A DNA stretch of 44,632 bases from contig JAIXTH010000233.1 in the NCBI GenBank assembly GCA_027484265.1, forward strand, positions 1-44,632. Reading direction: 5' to 3'. A model generated the notes under the pieces. The model saw only the letters and a list, made by a program, of their open reading frames with translations. It did not search any database and was not told the DNA's origin. This document shows, one piece after another, positions 44,136 through 44,632 of the stretch; within the stretch, counting starts at the first letter, position 1; each line of letters starts with the position of its first letter. Position numbers and translations under genes: made by a program. The stretch comes from Alphaproteobacteria bacterium. GTDB lineage: Bacteria; Pseudomonadota; Alphaproteobacteria; Caulobacterales; Aquidulcibacteraceae.

Positions 44136-44411
44136 GCCGCGTGATATGGTCGCCGTCCCGCTGACGGCGAGCCGACTGGCAGACACAGTCACGTGAGGCC
44201 CCGCTGCCTGCGCCACCAGCACGCGGCCCTCGGCCACTCCGGTGCGGAGGCGGCGGCGAATCACGGGGGGTCACGCCGCTACCAATTGGCTTTGAGCTGG
44301 TGAGGGTCGCGGACGTCACACACAAGCGCTCCAGCGGCCCAGGCCGGAAAGACCGCTGCCTTCACAATCAATAGGACACACAGAGAGCGCTGCACCCTCG
44401 GACTGGCCAGC

Positions 44412-44630
44412 CTATTGGTTCTGGCAGTGCCAAACATGCGGCACCAACCGGAAGGTCGCTCCTTCCGGGTTACCATCCCACCCGATGACCTGATCGAAGC
44501 CGATGTGTCCCTTCAGCTCCTGACCCGGCTCCACCCTCAAGACACGCTCGCCCCCCGGGGAATAGCCGAAATTCGAGCTCTTGAGCTCGAATGTTGCTGA
44601 AGCGGTGCTGAGAGATATCCATTCACCACC
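44412..44630 (-). CDS. C-terminal 72 codons of an unidentified protein (the gene starts beyond the window end)
   Basis: Absent from the ORF track because there is no start in the window. The minus-strand frame is open from the window edge to the TAG at 44414-44412. It encodes GGEWISLSTASATFELKSSNFGYSPGGERVLRVEPGQELKGHIGFDQVIGWDGNPEGATFRLVPHVWHCQNQ, which has a natural, beta-rich composition. The region is visibly lower in GC than the rest of the window. Confidence 0.35.
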   Translation of the reverse strand, partial: GGEWISLSTASATFELKSSNFGYSPGGERVLRVEPGQELKGHIGFDQVIGWDGNPEGATFRLVPHVWHCQNQ

Positions 44631-44632
44631 CA

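Noticed and set aside
44279-44476. A 65-aa minus-strand track ORF in the low-GC terminal region.
   Set aside because: It overlaps the end of the longer edge-truncated frame (44412..44630) in a different frame and has implausible composition, so it is probably a chance ORF.

Overview
The window is high-GC and looks like a chromosomal segment from an Alphaproteobacterium. The taxon call rests on family content: TIGR02186, DUF4167, DUF2125, DUF2948 and the infA-maf-rng-yacG cluster. I call about 50 protein genes, one tRNA-Pro(CGG), one tentative 6S-like RNA, a few hairpin terminators and one in-gene tandem repeat.

Most of the window is core housekeeping: efp, ftsEX, plsC-like, alkB, ymdB, the 5-formyl-THF cyclo-ligase gene, pheS, pheT, prmC, murA, infA, maf, an RNase E/G-like gene, yacG, tag and cobS. 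I saw no rRNA, CRISPR array, transposase, integrase or prophage.

I did not find a clear-cut multi-gene novel system. The most unusual locus is the pheS/pheT pair near the window centre.
- pheS and pheT are separated by a co-directional insertion of about 1.9 kb. It carries a VOC-ASCH fusion gene, a 49-aa membrane ORF and a vapBC toxin-antitoxin pair.
- pheT is followed by an orphan GNAT-like ORF with atypical codon usage.
- Next comes a strongly structured stretch of about 190 nt, in the position where 6S RNA (ssrS) normally sits upstream of the cyclo-ligase gene.

Many long ORFs in the track are antisense artefacts of the high GC content. Several track ORFs carry spurious N-terminal extensions, which I trimmed. 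All family assignments come from motif recognition by eye, not from searches.
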